Source: the human T2T-CHM13v2.0 reference genome, Homo sapiens. From it: 64,000 nucleotides of DNA. This document shows, piece after piece, positions 12,604-26,666 of this stretch. Positions within the stretch are counted from its first letter, which is position 1. The number at the start of each line of letters is the position of its first letter. Location: the NCBI RefSeq assembly GCF_009914755.1, contig NC_060928.1; one strand, written 5' to 3'. The position numbers and the translations under genes are program-made. Under the pieces are notes generated by a model. It was not told the origin of the DNA. It saw nothing but the letters and a program-made list of their open reading frames with translations, and made no database searches.

Positions 12604-13609
12604 CTGAGGAGCTACTACTGCTACGAAGAAATCCACCAGTGCAGAAATCAGAAATCCAAGCTGCCACTGAAGGGCTCAGATTCATGTAGCAGCAAAGTAT
12701 ATGTTTCTTAGGAGATAGCCCATATATGGCTGCAAAAACACTCCATGTGTCTTCTGCCAGAGTCCATGCACCTCTCCCCAGCTGCTCCCAAAGGTATAAT
12801 CATTTTTCTTCTCTTTCCTTTTCAAATCTTGGGCAAACAACTTTCATCGGCAAAATCAAATACATAACCCCACTGGAAAGGGATTCCAAAAAATGTATAC
12901 CTGAGGCTCTTCCCCCAACATGCAGGGAAGAATGTAGAATAGGTCCAAAATAATGCTCAGCTGCTAACAATCAATCACAGTGGCTAAGCCAGAGAATAAC
13001 AGTCTTCATCCATCCACAAATGCATGCAATTCAAGACCTACTATATTTTAAACATTGTGCTATAGTGCTCAGGGTAGACTGGGCCAAGATCATGGCCCAA
13101 TGGGTCACTTTTGCTGAGTTTTCACTATTGCCAGTTACTATTTAATGCTCTTCTTTCATCTCCATCACAATCCTAGGAAACAGATCCAGGTGAGGAAACT
13201 GAGGGGAAAAGAAATTGAATAACATGCCCCAAATCATGCAGAGAGAAAACGACAAAGCTGGGATAAGAACTCAAGCAAATGGCACCAACAATAAACAACA
13301 CTCCATCTTTGAAAAACACAGACCCTTCCCTTTGGATTTATAATCTTGCAGCAGAGACATATTGAACTGATCATTTAACAATTAATTAAAAATTACTTTT
13401 CTTCTGGAAAAAATTCTTCTTCTTCTGGAAAAATATATTTATAAAGGGAAACAGACCTTATTCAGTAACTTTGTCATTACTATTCTGAAAAATCTCTTTC
13501 TTGCTTCTCAAGCCCATTTTCTCTTCCTTATCTGCTTCACATTTGGCAGATGAACTTGACGCTGTTTTATAAGAAAGTAGATGTCAATGGGCATGAATTA
13601 CTACAATGC

Positions 13610-14133
13610 TATATTAGGGTTCTCTGGAAAAACAGAACCAATAGTGTGTATGTGCCTGTGTGCATGCATGCCTGTGTGTGTGTGTGTGTGTGTGTGTGTG
13701 CACACATATATAAAGAGATTTATTGTAAGGAATTGTTCCACATGATGATGGAGGTTGAGAAGTCGCAAGATCTGCACTCAGCAGAGTGAGCAGAGCTGAT
13801 ATAGATTCAGTCTGAAGGCAGGCTTGAGATCCAAGAAGAGCCAGTGTTTCCGTTTGAGTCTGAAGGCAAGAAAACTAATAGCTGAAGGGCAGTCAAGCAG
13901 AAGTTTTGTCTTAGTTTCTTTTATTTTCTTTTTGTTGTTGTTCTATGTAGGTCTTTGATTGATTGGGTGAGGCCCACCTGTATTAGGGAGGGCAGTCTGC
14001 TTTACTCAGTTCACCCATTCAAATGTTAATCTCATTCTACAAACACACTCACAGACATACCCAGAATAGGGTTTAACCAAATATCTGGGCACCCCATGAC
14101 CCAGTCAAGTTAACACGTAAATTAGCCATCACA
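13610..14133 (-). mobile_element. MLT2B-like ERVL solo LTR with internal (TG)n
   Basis: tatattagggttctc...attagccatcaca; TSD AATGC at 13605-13609 and 14134-14138. Confidence 0.85.
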
Positions 14134-14244
14134 AATGCCTTTTCTATTACTACCTCCAAAATTGTCTGTATTTACGTGAACCCTACTACTCATTGTTCTC
14201 ACAAAGAATGCTCTCTTGTCTCCTGGATTTATGGCCTGTGTCCT

Positions 14245-14650
14245 TGCTATGGTCTAAATATTATGTTCAAAATTCGTATGTTAAAATCACCCTTGCAATG
14301 TGATGGTATTAGGAAGTGAGGCCTTTGGGAGGTGATTCATATGTTGAAATCCTCCACCCTCAACATGATAGTATTAAGAGGTGGGGCCTTTGGCAGGGCT
14401 TCACCTTCATGATTCGGATTAGCATCCTTATAAGAGAGACCCCAGAGAGCTAGCTAGTTACTTCTGCCATGCGAGGACACAGTGAAGGTGCCATCCATGA
14501 ACTGGAAAATGGGCCCTCACCAGACACCAAATCTGCTGGCATCTTGACCTTGGATTTCACAGTCTCCATAACTGTGAGAAATAAATGTCTATGTTTACAA
14601 GCTGTCCAGTTTATGGTATTTTGTTACAGCATCCCAAACGGACAAAGACA
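14245..14650 (+). mobile_element. MLT1A0-like MaLR solo LTR with internal duplication
   Basis: tgctatggtctaaat...tttgttacagcatcccaaacggacaaagaca. Confidence 0.8.
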
Positions 14651-15218
14651 TTCTTGCTGTCCCCTCCCCATCTCCTGTGGCCTTGCTCTGTCATGGTGTG
14701 CTCACTGATGATGGCTTTCTCTCCCAGCCTGTGAGCACAGCTTATGAGAAAAATAGATTTATCCCTGAATCCTGTCTTTACACCTAACTAATGCTCTCTT
14801 TCTCTCTCTCTTTTCCTTTGCCTTTTTTTCTACATATGCTTTCCTAGTTTTTCATTACTCAATCTTCCTGCAGTGTGGCTTCAAAAAATGCTGAACAGTA
14901 AACATATTAGAAACTATGAGATATGGCTAAACAGAGGTCAGAAGAAAACTAAAAGCTTCAAACTAGGGTTCTAATTCCTGTGCTGAGAGTAGCCAGACAG
15001 GAAAATAATATGTGAATTGTCTGAACATAGAAAATCAGGAGAGGGGCTGGCCTATGGCAAACTTAAGAGAACATGCCACATATTATATATATTGAGATAA
15101 ATAGAAACCTTCAATTTATGAAGGTTTTAATGTAGGAAATAAAAATGTGAAAATGCAAAATATATCTAAGAGTTACCTTTTGAAATAATAATATTGATAA
15201 TGGCTAGTAACACCATCA

Positions 15219-15582
<364 letters not shown>

Positions 15583-16498
15583 GGGGGGGGAGATAATTAG
15601 AGAGGAAATAATAGATAATAGTAAGAAAATGTTACCTTATTTTTTGTAAGTAAATATAAAAACTCCAATAAGAGAGATGATTTTTAAAAGATAATTAATA
15701 AAATCTACCACAGAAGAGATAATAAAGGTAAACCCCAATAACCATAAAATAATTTGAGTCAGCAAATATTTAACCCCACAAGAAAGAATGAGATCTAGGT
15801 GCTGTCACAGATGGATTCTCTTAAACTCTCAATACACAGATAATTTTAATACTGAAACCACCAGAGACTCCCAGGAGAAAAATTCCTAGTTTATCTTGTT
15901 TTAAGACAGCAAGTATATCATTGGTACCCAAACTGGGCAAATTACATCAAAAGAACTTCAAAATAACACAACAAAAATTCTTAGACCAATTTCACTAAGG
16001 AATCTCTTTACAAAAATTACAAATAAAATATAATATAATTGACAATGCATTTTAAAAACAAACTATAAACAAATGGTTTCGTTCCAAGCAAAAATAGTTC
16101 ATTAGTAATAGCTGTTAATGAAATTCCTCATATTGGAAGATTAAAGGAGAAACAACCACATACCAATGTTTCCATAGATGGCCAAGAGGCATTTGGTGAA
16201 ATTTAGCATCCATTTCATGTCCTTTTAAGAAAGTAGGAAGGGATGTATTCTTCCTGAAGGCAATCAAATTATGTATGTGTATGTGTATGTATGAATTGCA
16301 TTTCCTTTACAAATGATCAAATAATCCTTTGTTAAGAGCACTTAAGTTACAATCATTTTAGCGTAGCTTTTGCAATAATTTGCAACAACAGAAAAAACCT
16401 TATCTCTGATTTCTCACCCAACACAACCACATCTCTCCTCTTGCCTGCCTTGTGCTGGCCCTCAGCATCACCAATTAAACCATTCATTTTTATTGTGG

Positions 16499-16632
16499 TT
16501 TTTTTTTTTTTTTAATAAAGATGGGGTTTTACCGTGTCACCCAGGCTGGTCTCAAACTCCTGGACTCAAGTGATCCACCTGCCTCAGCCTCCCAAAGTGC
16601 TGAGATTACAGGTGTTAGACACACACCTGGCC
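16499..16632 (-). mobile_element. FLAM/Alu left monomer
   Basis: Single monomer with T tract, ending cctggcc. Confidence 0.8.
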
Positions 16633-17298
16633 TATCATTCCTTTTAAAATTGGTATCTAAATTGTTAGCTCATCTGCTTACAAGGTGATATCAGTTAGGG
16701 AGTATTTATGAATTCTTTCTTGTAAAAAGGTCAAAATCCTCATACATTTATTAAGAAACACAAAGAGAAAGCAAATTGAAGATTCTATTGTCACATAATA
16801 CAGTTAGAAAGAATTTACTTTTAAGATGTAGTTCACAATTGATTTTGATTTTAACTAGAATTTGTGCTTCATCAGGAATACCTTTTACTTCATGCCTTTT
16901 TATCTTGTAACTTTTTTTTTAATTTAATTACGGGAACTAAGGAGGGGACACATGCTCCTCACACCAAAATTCATCTTGTTTGAAGATGAACACTGGGAGC
17001 ATTTCTGCTTTAAAACTGAGAATAAGACAATAAAGTCCCCTATGTCCTTAGTGGCATAACATTAAAGGCAAAGTATTAAAGGCATAATATTAAAAAGGAA
17101 GTATTACTCAATTCAATACAATGGACAAAAAACAAGAAATACAGTATAAAAATAAAAAAAAGAATAGGTAAACATTGTCAATATGCAAACGATGTTTGTG
17201 AATCAGGAAAGCCAAAAGGAACCAACTGAAAGAAAAATTACTGTCAACCATTTGGTCACTCTTTTCAACTCATCATAGAATATGTCTAACTTTCCTTA

Positions 17299-17331
<33 letters not shown>

Positions 17332-17339
17332 CACACACA
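17299..17339. repeat. (AC)n microsatellite
   Basis: Direct read. Confidence 0.95.
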
Positions 17340-18623
17340 GACCCCTCCAAATTAAAAATAAAAATGAAGGGAATTTTATATATCATTTACAATAGAGAAT
17401 AAATGCCTAGTTATACATTTAGAAAGAGCCTATTTTAAAATGTTTCAAGTTTTTACTTCCATAAATGGAGGGACTTGCACTAACTTATATATATATAGGC
17501 ATATAACAATTTAAATACATCAATTCCTTCTTAATTTATTTCTTAATTTAATAAGATCACCATAAAATTGCTTATAGGATTTTAATTTGAGTTGATAGGA
17601 AGAAAAAACAAGAATGTGAATTAATCAAGAAGATTCTATGGGTAAGAAAAAAAGGAATGTTGTCACCTGACTCAGTAGACCTACCGGATATTAAAATATA
17701 TTTTAAGCCACTGTTTGTAAAACAGTTTAGTACTAGAGTAGCAAGAGACAGCGAGAGCAATGAAATAGGATGGGGAATCAATGGAAATTTGGCACATAAT
17801 AAATACAGCATTTCAAATGAAGCCTAGACACTATAGTGTTAGGTCAAATGGCTGCTAATTCGGGGCAGGAAACAAAGCTGAATGCCTATGCGTTACCTTC
17901 ACCAAAATCCCTTATAGATAGCTCAATTATTTACATGTAAATTTTTTTTTAAAGAACCCGTAAAAGTAATAAAAGAAAGCTTAGGCAAACGGTTTATTAC
18001 CTTTGGTTAGGAAGATCTTTGTAGGCAAGAAAAAAATCATGGTGGAAAAAAATAATACATTTGACCATATAAATATTTTAACTTTCCATGCAGAAAGAAT
18101 ATTATAAGCTAAATTAAAAGATAAATGGAAAAGCATAAATTTACTGTCCAAAAAAGTCTCATATGCCAACAATTTAACAGAAAAAAAAGCAAAAAATATG
18201 AACAAGCTGTTCACATAGGCACACAAAAACATTCAAATGACTTGTTTACCTGGGAAAATATCCCGGTCTCATCGATAATGAAAGAAATCATAAATCAAAA
18301 CATTAAGATGCAACTTTTTAACCCATCAATTTCGAAATAATTACAACTTTTATAAGACCAAGTGGTCGCCCAAGAGTGGGAAAACGGGGCACTCATAGGC
18401 CAGTGGGAATGAAAAATAATGCACGAAGACAACACCTTTCAGAATTAAACATTTAGAAACTCCTTTGATTCAACAATTCTACTATAAGGAATTTATTGAT
18501 CATCTCCATGCAAAAGGAAGATATTGTACCTTTTAAAAAATCATAGTAAAAATATTCAAATTTTATATCTATAACAGGATGCATAATGGAACATGTATAG
18601 CTGTTATCTTCAAGATATGTCTT

Positions 18624-18863
18624 GGCCCGAGCGTGGTGACTCACGCCTGTAATTGCAGCACTTTGGGAGGCCGAGGAGGGCAGATCACTTGAGCTTAGGA
18701 GTTCAAGACCAGCCTTGCCAACATGGTGGAACCCTGTCTCTACTAAAAATATAAAAATTAGCTGGGCGTGATGGTGCATGCCTGTAATCCCAGCTACTTG
18801 GGAGGCTGAGGCTTGCAGTGAACTGAGATCGTACCACTGCACTCCAGCCTGGGCAACAGAGAG

Positions 18864-18892
<29 letters not shown>
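18624..18892 (+). mobile_element. AluS with right-arm internal deletion
   Basis: gggaggctgaggc joined directly to ttgcagtga; long pure A tail; TSD AAGATAT(G/A)TCTT. Confidence 0.9.
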
Positions 18893-18894
<2 letters not shown>

Positions 18895-19059
18895 GATATA
18901 TCTTATATGAGTAAGTAAGGTCCAGAGGAGGCGGCAGAGCACGTACTCACATTTGTGTAAAATGTAATTTATGTGTAAACATGTGGATTTATTCATAGTT
19001 GTTCTCCAGGTCTCTATAAAAAGGGAGACTCATCAAGTACTATGTAGTTTCTTTCTTGC

Positions 19060-19247
19060 CCCTTCCTTCCTCCCTCCCTCCCTCCCTCTCCTCCTTCCTT
19101 CCTTCCTTCCTTCTTTCCTTCCTTCCTTCCTTCTTTCCTTCCTTCCTTCCTTTCTTCCCTCCTTCCTTCCTTCCCCCCTTTCCTTTCTTCCTCTTTCCCT
19201 CCTTCCTTCATTTCTTCTTTGTTTGTCTTTCTTCTTTATCTTCTCTT
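19060..19247. repeat. (CCTT/TTCC)n polypyrimidine tract
   Basis: Direct read; explains the four low-complexity ORFs at 18971-19276. Confidence 0.95.
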
Positions 19248-19615
19248 TAATCATATGCTATTTAAAGGAAGGGTAGATGATCTAGTTATAAATAATCAAA
19301 TACAACAGAAATAGATACTGGCAGTGAAATGTTGTTAATATATAAACAACACTTTGGTTTTAAATAATTGGAGAGGTGAGTTAAACATAGGAAAGCTGTA
19401 AATACTCAAAAAGAGCAATACCTTACATGATTTGTATGAAAAAAATGCAGTTACTTGTAAATATAAATAATAAAAACATCCAGTAGTTTTGACTTACACT
19501 GCATTATAGAGACAACACATGCAGACTTTGTAACCTGCCTGGTGAGCCTTCTGCAAATAAACGGCTCTTGTGGTACTGTGTCATTTCTTACCGTATAGAA
19601 GATAATTTCCCAAAC

Positions 19616-19634
19616 TAGCCACTAGAGGGCAGCA
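19616..19634 (+). promoter_or_regulatory. CTCF core motif
   Basis: TAGCCACTAGAGGGCAGCA closely matches the CTCF consensus (CCAC/GNAGG/AGGGC). Confidence 0.7.
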
Positions 19635-21160
19635 GACAATCAGTCATTTGCCTTAGGAGTGGCTTCCACACTAGACTGGAACTTTCCGAGCTCCTTAGCT
19701 TTGTAACTGGAAACATTGCTGAACTTTTCTAGATCACAGTTTCACCTGTAAAATGTGGAGAGACTTGTGGACTGGCTGACTCTAAAACCTTTGCCAGCTC
19801 TAACAGGCCGCGATTTTAACACATAGTTGTATTCTCATAGTGCCCATTAAGTTAAACTGTATTAAAGTTCAACCATCAAACAAACAAAAACTAAGTTCAA
19901 ATGTGTTTAGATATTATTCCTTCTTTCAAACATCGCTAACGGTTCTTGAGAGCCTCTTATGAGCCAAATATTGCTCTAAGCACTTTGCTGGCATTGTCAT
20001 TTACAAAACACTCCTGTTGAGGTAAGTGCGGTTCTGGTGTCCACTTTGCAGATGAGGTTGGTGATGTACACAGACGTAGAGTAACTTGTCCAAGCTCTCA
20101 CGGTTAGAAAGATAGGTCCAGAATGGTAGGGTCACATTTGTAACAGCTCCATTACACTAGGAACTATTAGTGCGATGAAAGGCAATAAAATGTCTAAGAA
20201 AATGGTAATAATTGCATCTGGCTGGCGATTCACAGTTTTTCCCTTACAGAAAATGACTTTCTTGTGAGCGTTTTGGGGTACAGAATCACATAATTACATC
20301 CTATACCTTGTTACTTAAGTAATATTTACTTACCGTAAAAGCAAATAATAATTTACAACCACTGTTGATCTCTGGGCTAATCTCCATCAGCCCCCTTCCC
20401 CAACATCCACCTCTCAAACCCCACCAGCGGTGAGTGTAGCCTCAGGCAGTGTGCCCTCCGCAGCTGCCTCCTGCTCCACTGCAGTTCTCACACCTGCTCC
20501 CTGAAATGTTTCTTCCCCAACCCGTGAGAAGCTCTTCCAAGAAACACCCCAAGTATGGTCTGCCCACAGGTTTTCTTGTCTCTACAAGGTCGTCTAAGGT
20601 GCTCTTTCTTGCGTCTCTCTACTTCAGCGACAATCTCACTGTAGTATATTCACTTTGTTGTTTTCCCAACCAGAATTCAGCTCTTTTATGTCAGATCCTT
20701 TCTCTGTTTTCATCTTTGTACTCTAAGGTATAGCATAGTACTTGGAATATAGTAGATAATAATTATTTACTGAAAGGGTACATGAAGGTGTGAATGCAGA
20801 CTTTCCAAACCTTTGCTATGAGGACTTTTAACAAGTCTGCGTTTTACATAGATTATTTCTTTTTCTTGCCAATGACCTTAATGGTTTTGGATAACTTCAA
20901 ATAATTCTCTGACTGGGTTCATTTAACTGTTTGCAATGACAATTCTTTTGTTATCTTTTAAGTCATTTTTCCCAGGTACTGTTGGATGCTGAAAACTGTA
21001 TTAACCATCTTTAGGTACAGACAGGTAATTTTGAGAGCCAGAATTAGATCTTAATTGCAGAGGCGTAGGATTGTCAAAACCAATACTGTGTGGTTGAGTC
21101 CTGATATCTACTGGAGGCATTAACAACTCGTGTGAAAGTAGAGAAGTAGCTATTTATTGA

Positions 21161-21401
21161 TTTTTCTTTTTGAGACGGGGTCTCGCTCTGTTGCCCAGGC
21201 TGGAGTGCAGTGGCATAATCACTGCAGCCTCGACATCCTGGGCTTAAGTGATCCTTCTACCTCACTCAGCCTCCTGAGTAGCTGAAACTACAGGCATGCA
21301 CCACCGTTCTTGGCTTTTTTTTTTTTTTTTTTGTAGAGATGGAGTTTCAGTTGGCCTTGAACTCCTGGGCTCAAGCAATCTGTGAACTACCATCCCCGGC
21401 C
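21161..21401 (-). mobile_element. AluJ (internally deleted)
   Basis: Antisense Alu; degenerate TSD ta(t/c)ttat..attttt. Confidence 0.85.
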
Positions 21402-22542
21402 TACTTATCAATTTTTGAAGAAATAATTAAAGTTAGAGTCACATAACTTTTACGCAGAAACACCTTGTATACACCAGGGAGTCACTGGATTGAAAACATT
21501 CTTGCTGATGCTAAAACTGCTTCTTTTCGCAGGTGCTCGGGATTCAGGCTAATATTATGCCTGAGGGTTAATCATTGACCCCTCTAGAGTCAGCTCTGCT
21601 GGCTTTTGTCTGGTTGCAAACCAGTCTTTGGATCTGCCTCCAACCTTTGGTGCTTTTTTTGTAAAATGTCTTACTAAAATGGATGCCCTTCTATTCACCA
21701 AGATATATGGCATCAATGCTCAAAATACTTTAACCCTCATAATTTTCTACATTTAGAAATGTCTCCTTGACCTATGTTTTTAATAGCATCTCATCCCACC
21801 TCCTCTTAATCCTTTTATCTCTCTAAAACATAAATTTCTTCCTCTTTGCCTAAAAAATATGCTTAAACTTTTTCTAGCCTAAACTGAAATAACCTTCAGT
21901 AGAATTCCGTATTTCCCTGAAGTACATTCCATTTCTCTCTCCATTCATGCCAGGATTTTCAACTAACATTCCTGGACAGTGGGGAGAGCCTGGAGAAATG
22001 AGAAACTGCGTGAGCAAAACCAGGGAGGAGGGAGCACGTAAGGCACATTCAGGGAAGTCTTGCTGCTGGAGGAAGTTAGTTTTGGCGAATGATCTAGTTT
22101 TGGGTAAATCTGAAAGATTTTTTTTAAAACTTAAATTACGGAAATTCTTGAATGCCAAGCTGTGGAGTTTGGATGTTATGTGTTTGACCATGTACAACCA
22201 CAGCAGAAATGTGCTCAGCAAAGCCCTGGGTGGAATGGATTTAAGGGGTTCAGATGAGAGGCACAGAAGCTTCAGTGTGGTCTAAGAAGAAGGCCCTGAC
22301 CAACCCTGAAAAGAAAGTTAAAAGCCTGGTGCTTTATTAAGATGAAACTTCTTGAAAATAAGATTATTGGAAAACAGAATGCTTTTTACCAAGGACAGGG
22401 TTTATTAATATAAGCTGTAACTGGTATTCAGAAATGTGTTTATACCTGGGCTTTACACACAGTTGAAATTTTTAAATGAGTGTTACTATATGTGAGGTGA
22501 ATGTTATTTTGCAAAGGAGAAACGTTTTCAAAAAATGAAGTG

Positions 22543-22830
<288 letters not shown>

Positions 22831-22881
22831 AAAAAATGAAGTGAGAGGGATTCGGAGGCATGGTGTCGCCTTCACTGCCAT

Positions 22882-22925
22882 GTGAGTGTGTGTGTGTTTG
22901 TGTGTGTGTATAGAAGAGAGAGAGA
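22882..22925. repeat. (TG)n(AG)n compound microsatellite
   Basis: Direct read. Confidence 0.85.
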
Positions 22926-23564
22926 TTTGACCAGCACCCCTCACCCATCCTCTTCTCCTTCTCCCTCTGGCTCTCTGGACCCCTTGGGCTGGCTGCTGGC
23001 TCACCAACACTCTGTGTTGGGGCAGCCTCTCCTCGCCGTGTCTTCATATCCAGTCCTTCGCAGGCCAGCTCAGGACCAGTCACCCCGAGCTGCTTTTTCC
23101 ACCTGACTCTTCTGCGTTCTTAACCTGTAAGTATCTGGAAGCTCAGGCCATACCAAAGTAGACCTGCCTCTTTTCTTTGCTCTGCCACCACAGGCCACTC
23201 GGGACTCCTCTGGCCTGAGTCAGGCTATCTCAATTTCCCAAATCCCAGCGGACACACGCCTATCTTTGCATGCGGCCTCCTCAAAGCTCCGCAGGCTTAG
23301 CTGGGGGCATGAAGGAGAAATTCACAGGACATCAGCAATCTCTGCAAAGTACTCCACACCACCAGGCCCAGCTCTACCCTTACCTTCCCCTTTTTACTAG
23401 ATTCTTCCAATGTGACTGATGAGTTAGGGTTGTCAAACTGGTTTCACAAACTCTTAGCCTGTCCTGCAAGGGGAAATGGTTAAGCACCTAGAATTCTTAA
23501 CCTTCAGGGCTCCACAAAAACTTCAGGCTCTCAGTCAACAGGAAAAGTATCATTTAGCATCTGA

Positions 23565-24195
23565 TACACACCTCCACCACCACATACACATAACGCACAT
23601 ACACACACACACACCTACACATATATACACATACACACATCCTACACATACATACACACACCTACACATATATACACATACACCTACACATATGTACACA
23701 TATACACACACCTACACATATATACACATACACCTACACATATGTACACGTATACACACACCTACACATATATACACATACACACACATTTACATATATA
23801 TATACACATACACACATCTACACATACACATATACACACATACATGCACACATCTACACCTATACATACACACACACCTACACATACACACACCCCCATG
23901 CATACACACACACATACACATACGCACAAACACATACACATATACATGTACATATACACGCACACCTATGCATACACACACCTACACATTATACACACAT
24001 ATGTCCCTACCTATACACATGTATACACACACATATCCCACACATACACGTACACATACACACAAATACACATATACATATACATGCCTGCATATACACA
24101 CAAACACACACATATACATACACACACTGATGTATACACCTACAATGTACATATAAACACACGCATACACCTACACACACACACACACAAACACG
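23565..24195. repeat. Long (CA/TA) low-complexity tract with embedded 50-bp tandem unit
   Basis: ~630 bp of mostly alternating purine-pyrimidine; 50-bp unit at 23661-23710, 23711-23760 and partly from 23761. Confidence 0.95.
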
Positions 24196-24380
24196 AAAGA
24201 AAGGCTAGATGAACAGTAGTCATCTTTGAGCACAACAATTAGTTCTTAGACTTTATCTTTGTGTATTTCTGTATTTTCCAAGTTTTCTCCCTTGAAATTA
24301 TATTACTTGTACAAGTAACAAAATAGTAAATATTTCAAAATATAAGAAAATATAAGCAAAATAAATTTATATAATACATC

Positions 24381-26666
24381 TGATATGGTTTGGCTGTGTC
24401 CCCACCCAAATCTCATCTTGGATTGTACTCCCATAATTCCCATGTGTCGTGGGAGAGACCCAGTGGGAGATAATTTGAATCATGGGGGCAGTTTCCCCCA
24501 TACTGTTATCATGGTAGTGAATAAGTCTCACGAGATCTGATGGTTTTATCAGGGGTTTCTGCGTTTACATCTCTCTCATTTTCTCTTGCTGCCACCATGT
24601 AAGAAGTGCCTTTCACCTCCTGCCATGATTCTGAGGCCTCCCCAGCCATGTGGAACTGTAAGTCCAGTTAAACCTCTTTTTCTTCCCAGTCTCGCGTATG
24701 TCTTTATCAGCAGCGTGAAAACAGACTAATACAGTAAATTGGTACCAGTAGAGCGGGACATTGCTGAAAAGATACCCAAAAATGTGGAAGTGACTTTGGA
24801 ACTGGGTATCAGGCAGAGGTTGGAACATTTGGAGGCTGGAGGGCTAAGAAGAAGATAGGAAAATGTGGGAAAATTTGGGACCTCCTAGAGACTTCTTGAA
24901 CGGCTTTGACAAAAATGCTGATAGTGGTATCAACAATAAGGTCCAGGCTGAGGTGGTCTCAGATGGACATGAGGAACTTGATGGGAACTGGAGCAAAGGT
25001 GACTCTTGTTATGTTTTAGCAAAGATATTGGTGGCATTTTGCCCCTGCCCTAGAGATTTGTGGAACTTTGAACTTGAGAGAGATGATTTAGGGTATGTGG
25101 CAGAAGCAATTTCTAAGCAGCAAAGCATTCAAGAGGTGACTTGGGTGCTGCTAAAAGCATTCTGTTTTAAAGGAGAAACAGAGCATGAAAGTTCAGAAAA
25201 TTTGCAGCCTGATGATGCCTTAGAAAAGAAAAACCAATTTTTTTGAGGAGAAATTGAAGCTGGCTGCAGAAATTTGCATAAGTAACAAGGAGCCAATTGT
25301 TAATCCCCAAGATGATGGAGAAAATGTCTCCAGGGCATGTCATAGATCTTCAGAGCAGCCTCTCCCATCACAGACCATGAAGCCTAGGAGGAAAAAATGC
25401 CTTTGTGGACCAGGTCCAGGGTCGTCATGCTGTATGCAGCCTAGGGACTTGGTGCTTTGCGTCCCAGCTGCTCTAGGCATTGCTAAAAGGGGCCAAGGTA
25501 CAGCTCGGCCAATGGTTTCAGAGGGTGCAAGCCCCAAACCTTGGCAGTTTCCATGTGGTGTTGAGCCTGCGGGTGCACAGAAGTCAAGAATTGAGGTTTG
25601 GGAACCTACACCTAGATTTCAGAAGATGTATGGAAACGCCTGGATATCCAGGCAAAAGTTCACTGCAGGGGAGGCGCCCTCATGGAGAACCTCTGCTAGG
25701 GCAGTGTGGAAGGGAAATGTGGGGTCAGAGTCCCCACACGGGCTCCCTACTGGTGCACTGCCTAGTGAGCTGTGAGAAGAGGGCCACCATCTTCCAGACC
25801 CCAGAATGGTAGATCTACTGACAGCTTGCACCGTGCACCTGGAAAAGCCACAGATACTCAAGGCCAGCCTGTGAAAGCAGCCAGGAGTGGGGCTATACCC
25901 TGCAAAGCCACAGGGGCAGAACTGCCCAAGACTATGAAAACCTACCTCTTGCATCAGTGTGACCTGGATGTGAGACATGGAGTCAAAGGAGATCATTTTG
26001 GAGCTTTAGAACTTGACTGCCCCGCTGGATTTTGAATTTGCGTGGGTCCTGGAACCCGTTTGTTTTGGCCATTTTCTCCCATTTGGGATGGCTGTATTTA
26101 CCCAATACCTGTACCCCCATTGTATCTAGGAAGTAACTAGATTGCTTTTGATTTTACAGATTCATAGGTAGAAGGGACTTGCCTTGTCTAAGATGAGACT
26201 TTGGACTGTGAACTTTTGGGTTAATGCTGAAATGAGTTAAGACCTTGGGGAACTTTGGGGGATTGGTTTTGAAATGTGAGGATATGAGATTTGGAGGGGC
26301 CAGGGGCAGAATGATATGGTTTGGCTCTGTGTCCCCACCCAAATCTCATCTTGAATTGTACTCCCATAATTCCCATGTGTTATGGGAAGGACCCAGTGGG
26401 AGATAATTTGAATCAAGGGGGCAGTTTATCTACCACTGTTCTCATGGTAGTGACTAAGTCTCACGAGATCTGATGGGTTTATCACGGGTTTCTACATTTG
26501 CATCTCTCTCATTTTCTCTTGGCACTGCTATGTTAGAAGTGCCTTTCACCTCCTGCCATGATTCCTAGGCCTCCTCAGCCATGTAGAACTATAAGTCCAA
26601 TTAAACCTCTTTTTCTTCCCAGTCTCAGATATGGCTTTATCAGCAGCATGAAAACAGACTAATACA
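24381..26666 (+). mobile_element. Full-length THE1A MaLR provirus (LTR 24381-24733, internal 24734-26311, LTR 26312-26666)
   Basis: Two ~354-bp LTRs tgatatggtttggct...gactaataca; ~1.6 kb THE1-int with purine tract before the 3' LTR; TSD ACATC/ATATC. Confidence 0.95.

Larger units (their letters stand above)
15700..18980 (+). mobile_element. Ancient fragmented L1 (L1M/L1ME) ORF2 and 3' remnants
   Basis: A-rich sequence with degraded ORF2 landmarks (ttagaccaatttcactaagg, ttaaaactgagaataagacaa, accttcaccaaaatccc); interrupted by FLAM, (CA)n and Alu; boundaries approximate. Confidence 0.6.

Noticed and set aside
18971-19276. LPSF/GRKE repeat ORFs
   Set aside because: Translations of the (CCTT)n tract
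23476-24212. 226-aa His/Thr-rich ORF and overlapping ORFs
   Set aside because: CA/TA repeats rarely contain stop codons; no coding evidence
24637-24650. PRDM9 hotspot 13-mer in the THE1A LTRs
   Set aside because: LTRs read CCTCCCCAGCCAT and CCTCCTCAGCCAT; neither matches CCNCCNTNNCCNC
24863-26035. THE1 internal ORFs as a domesticated gene
   Set aside because: Broken into different frames by frameshifts and stops; ordinary MaLR internal remnant
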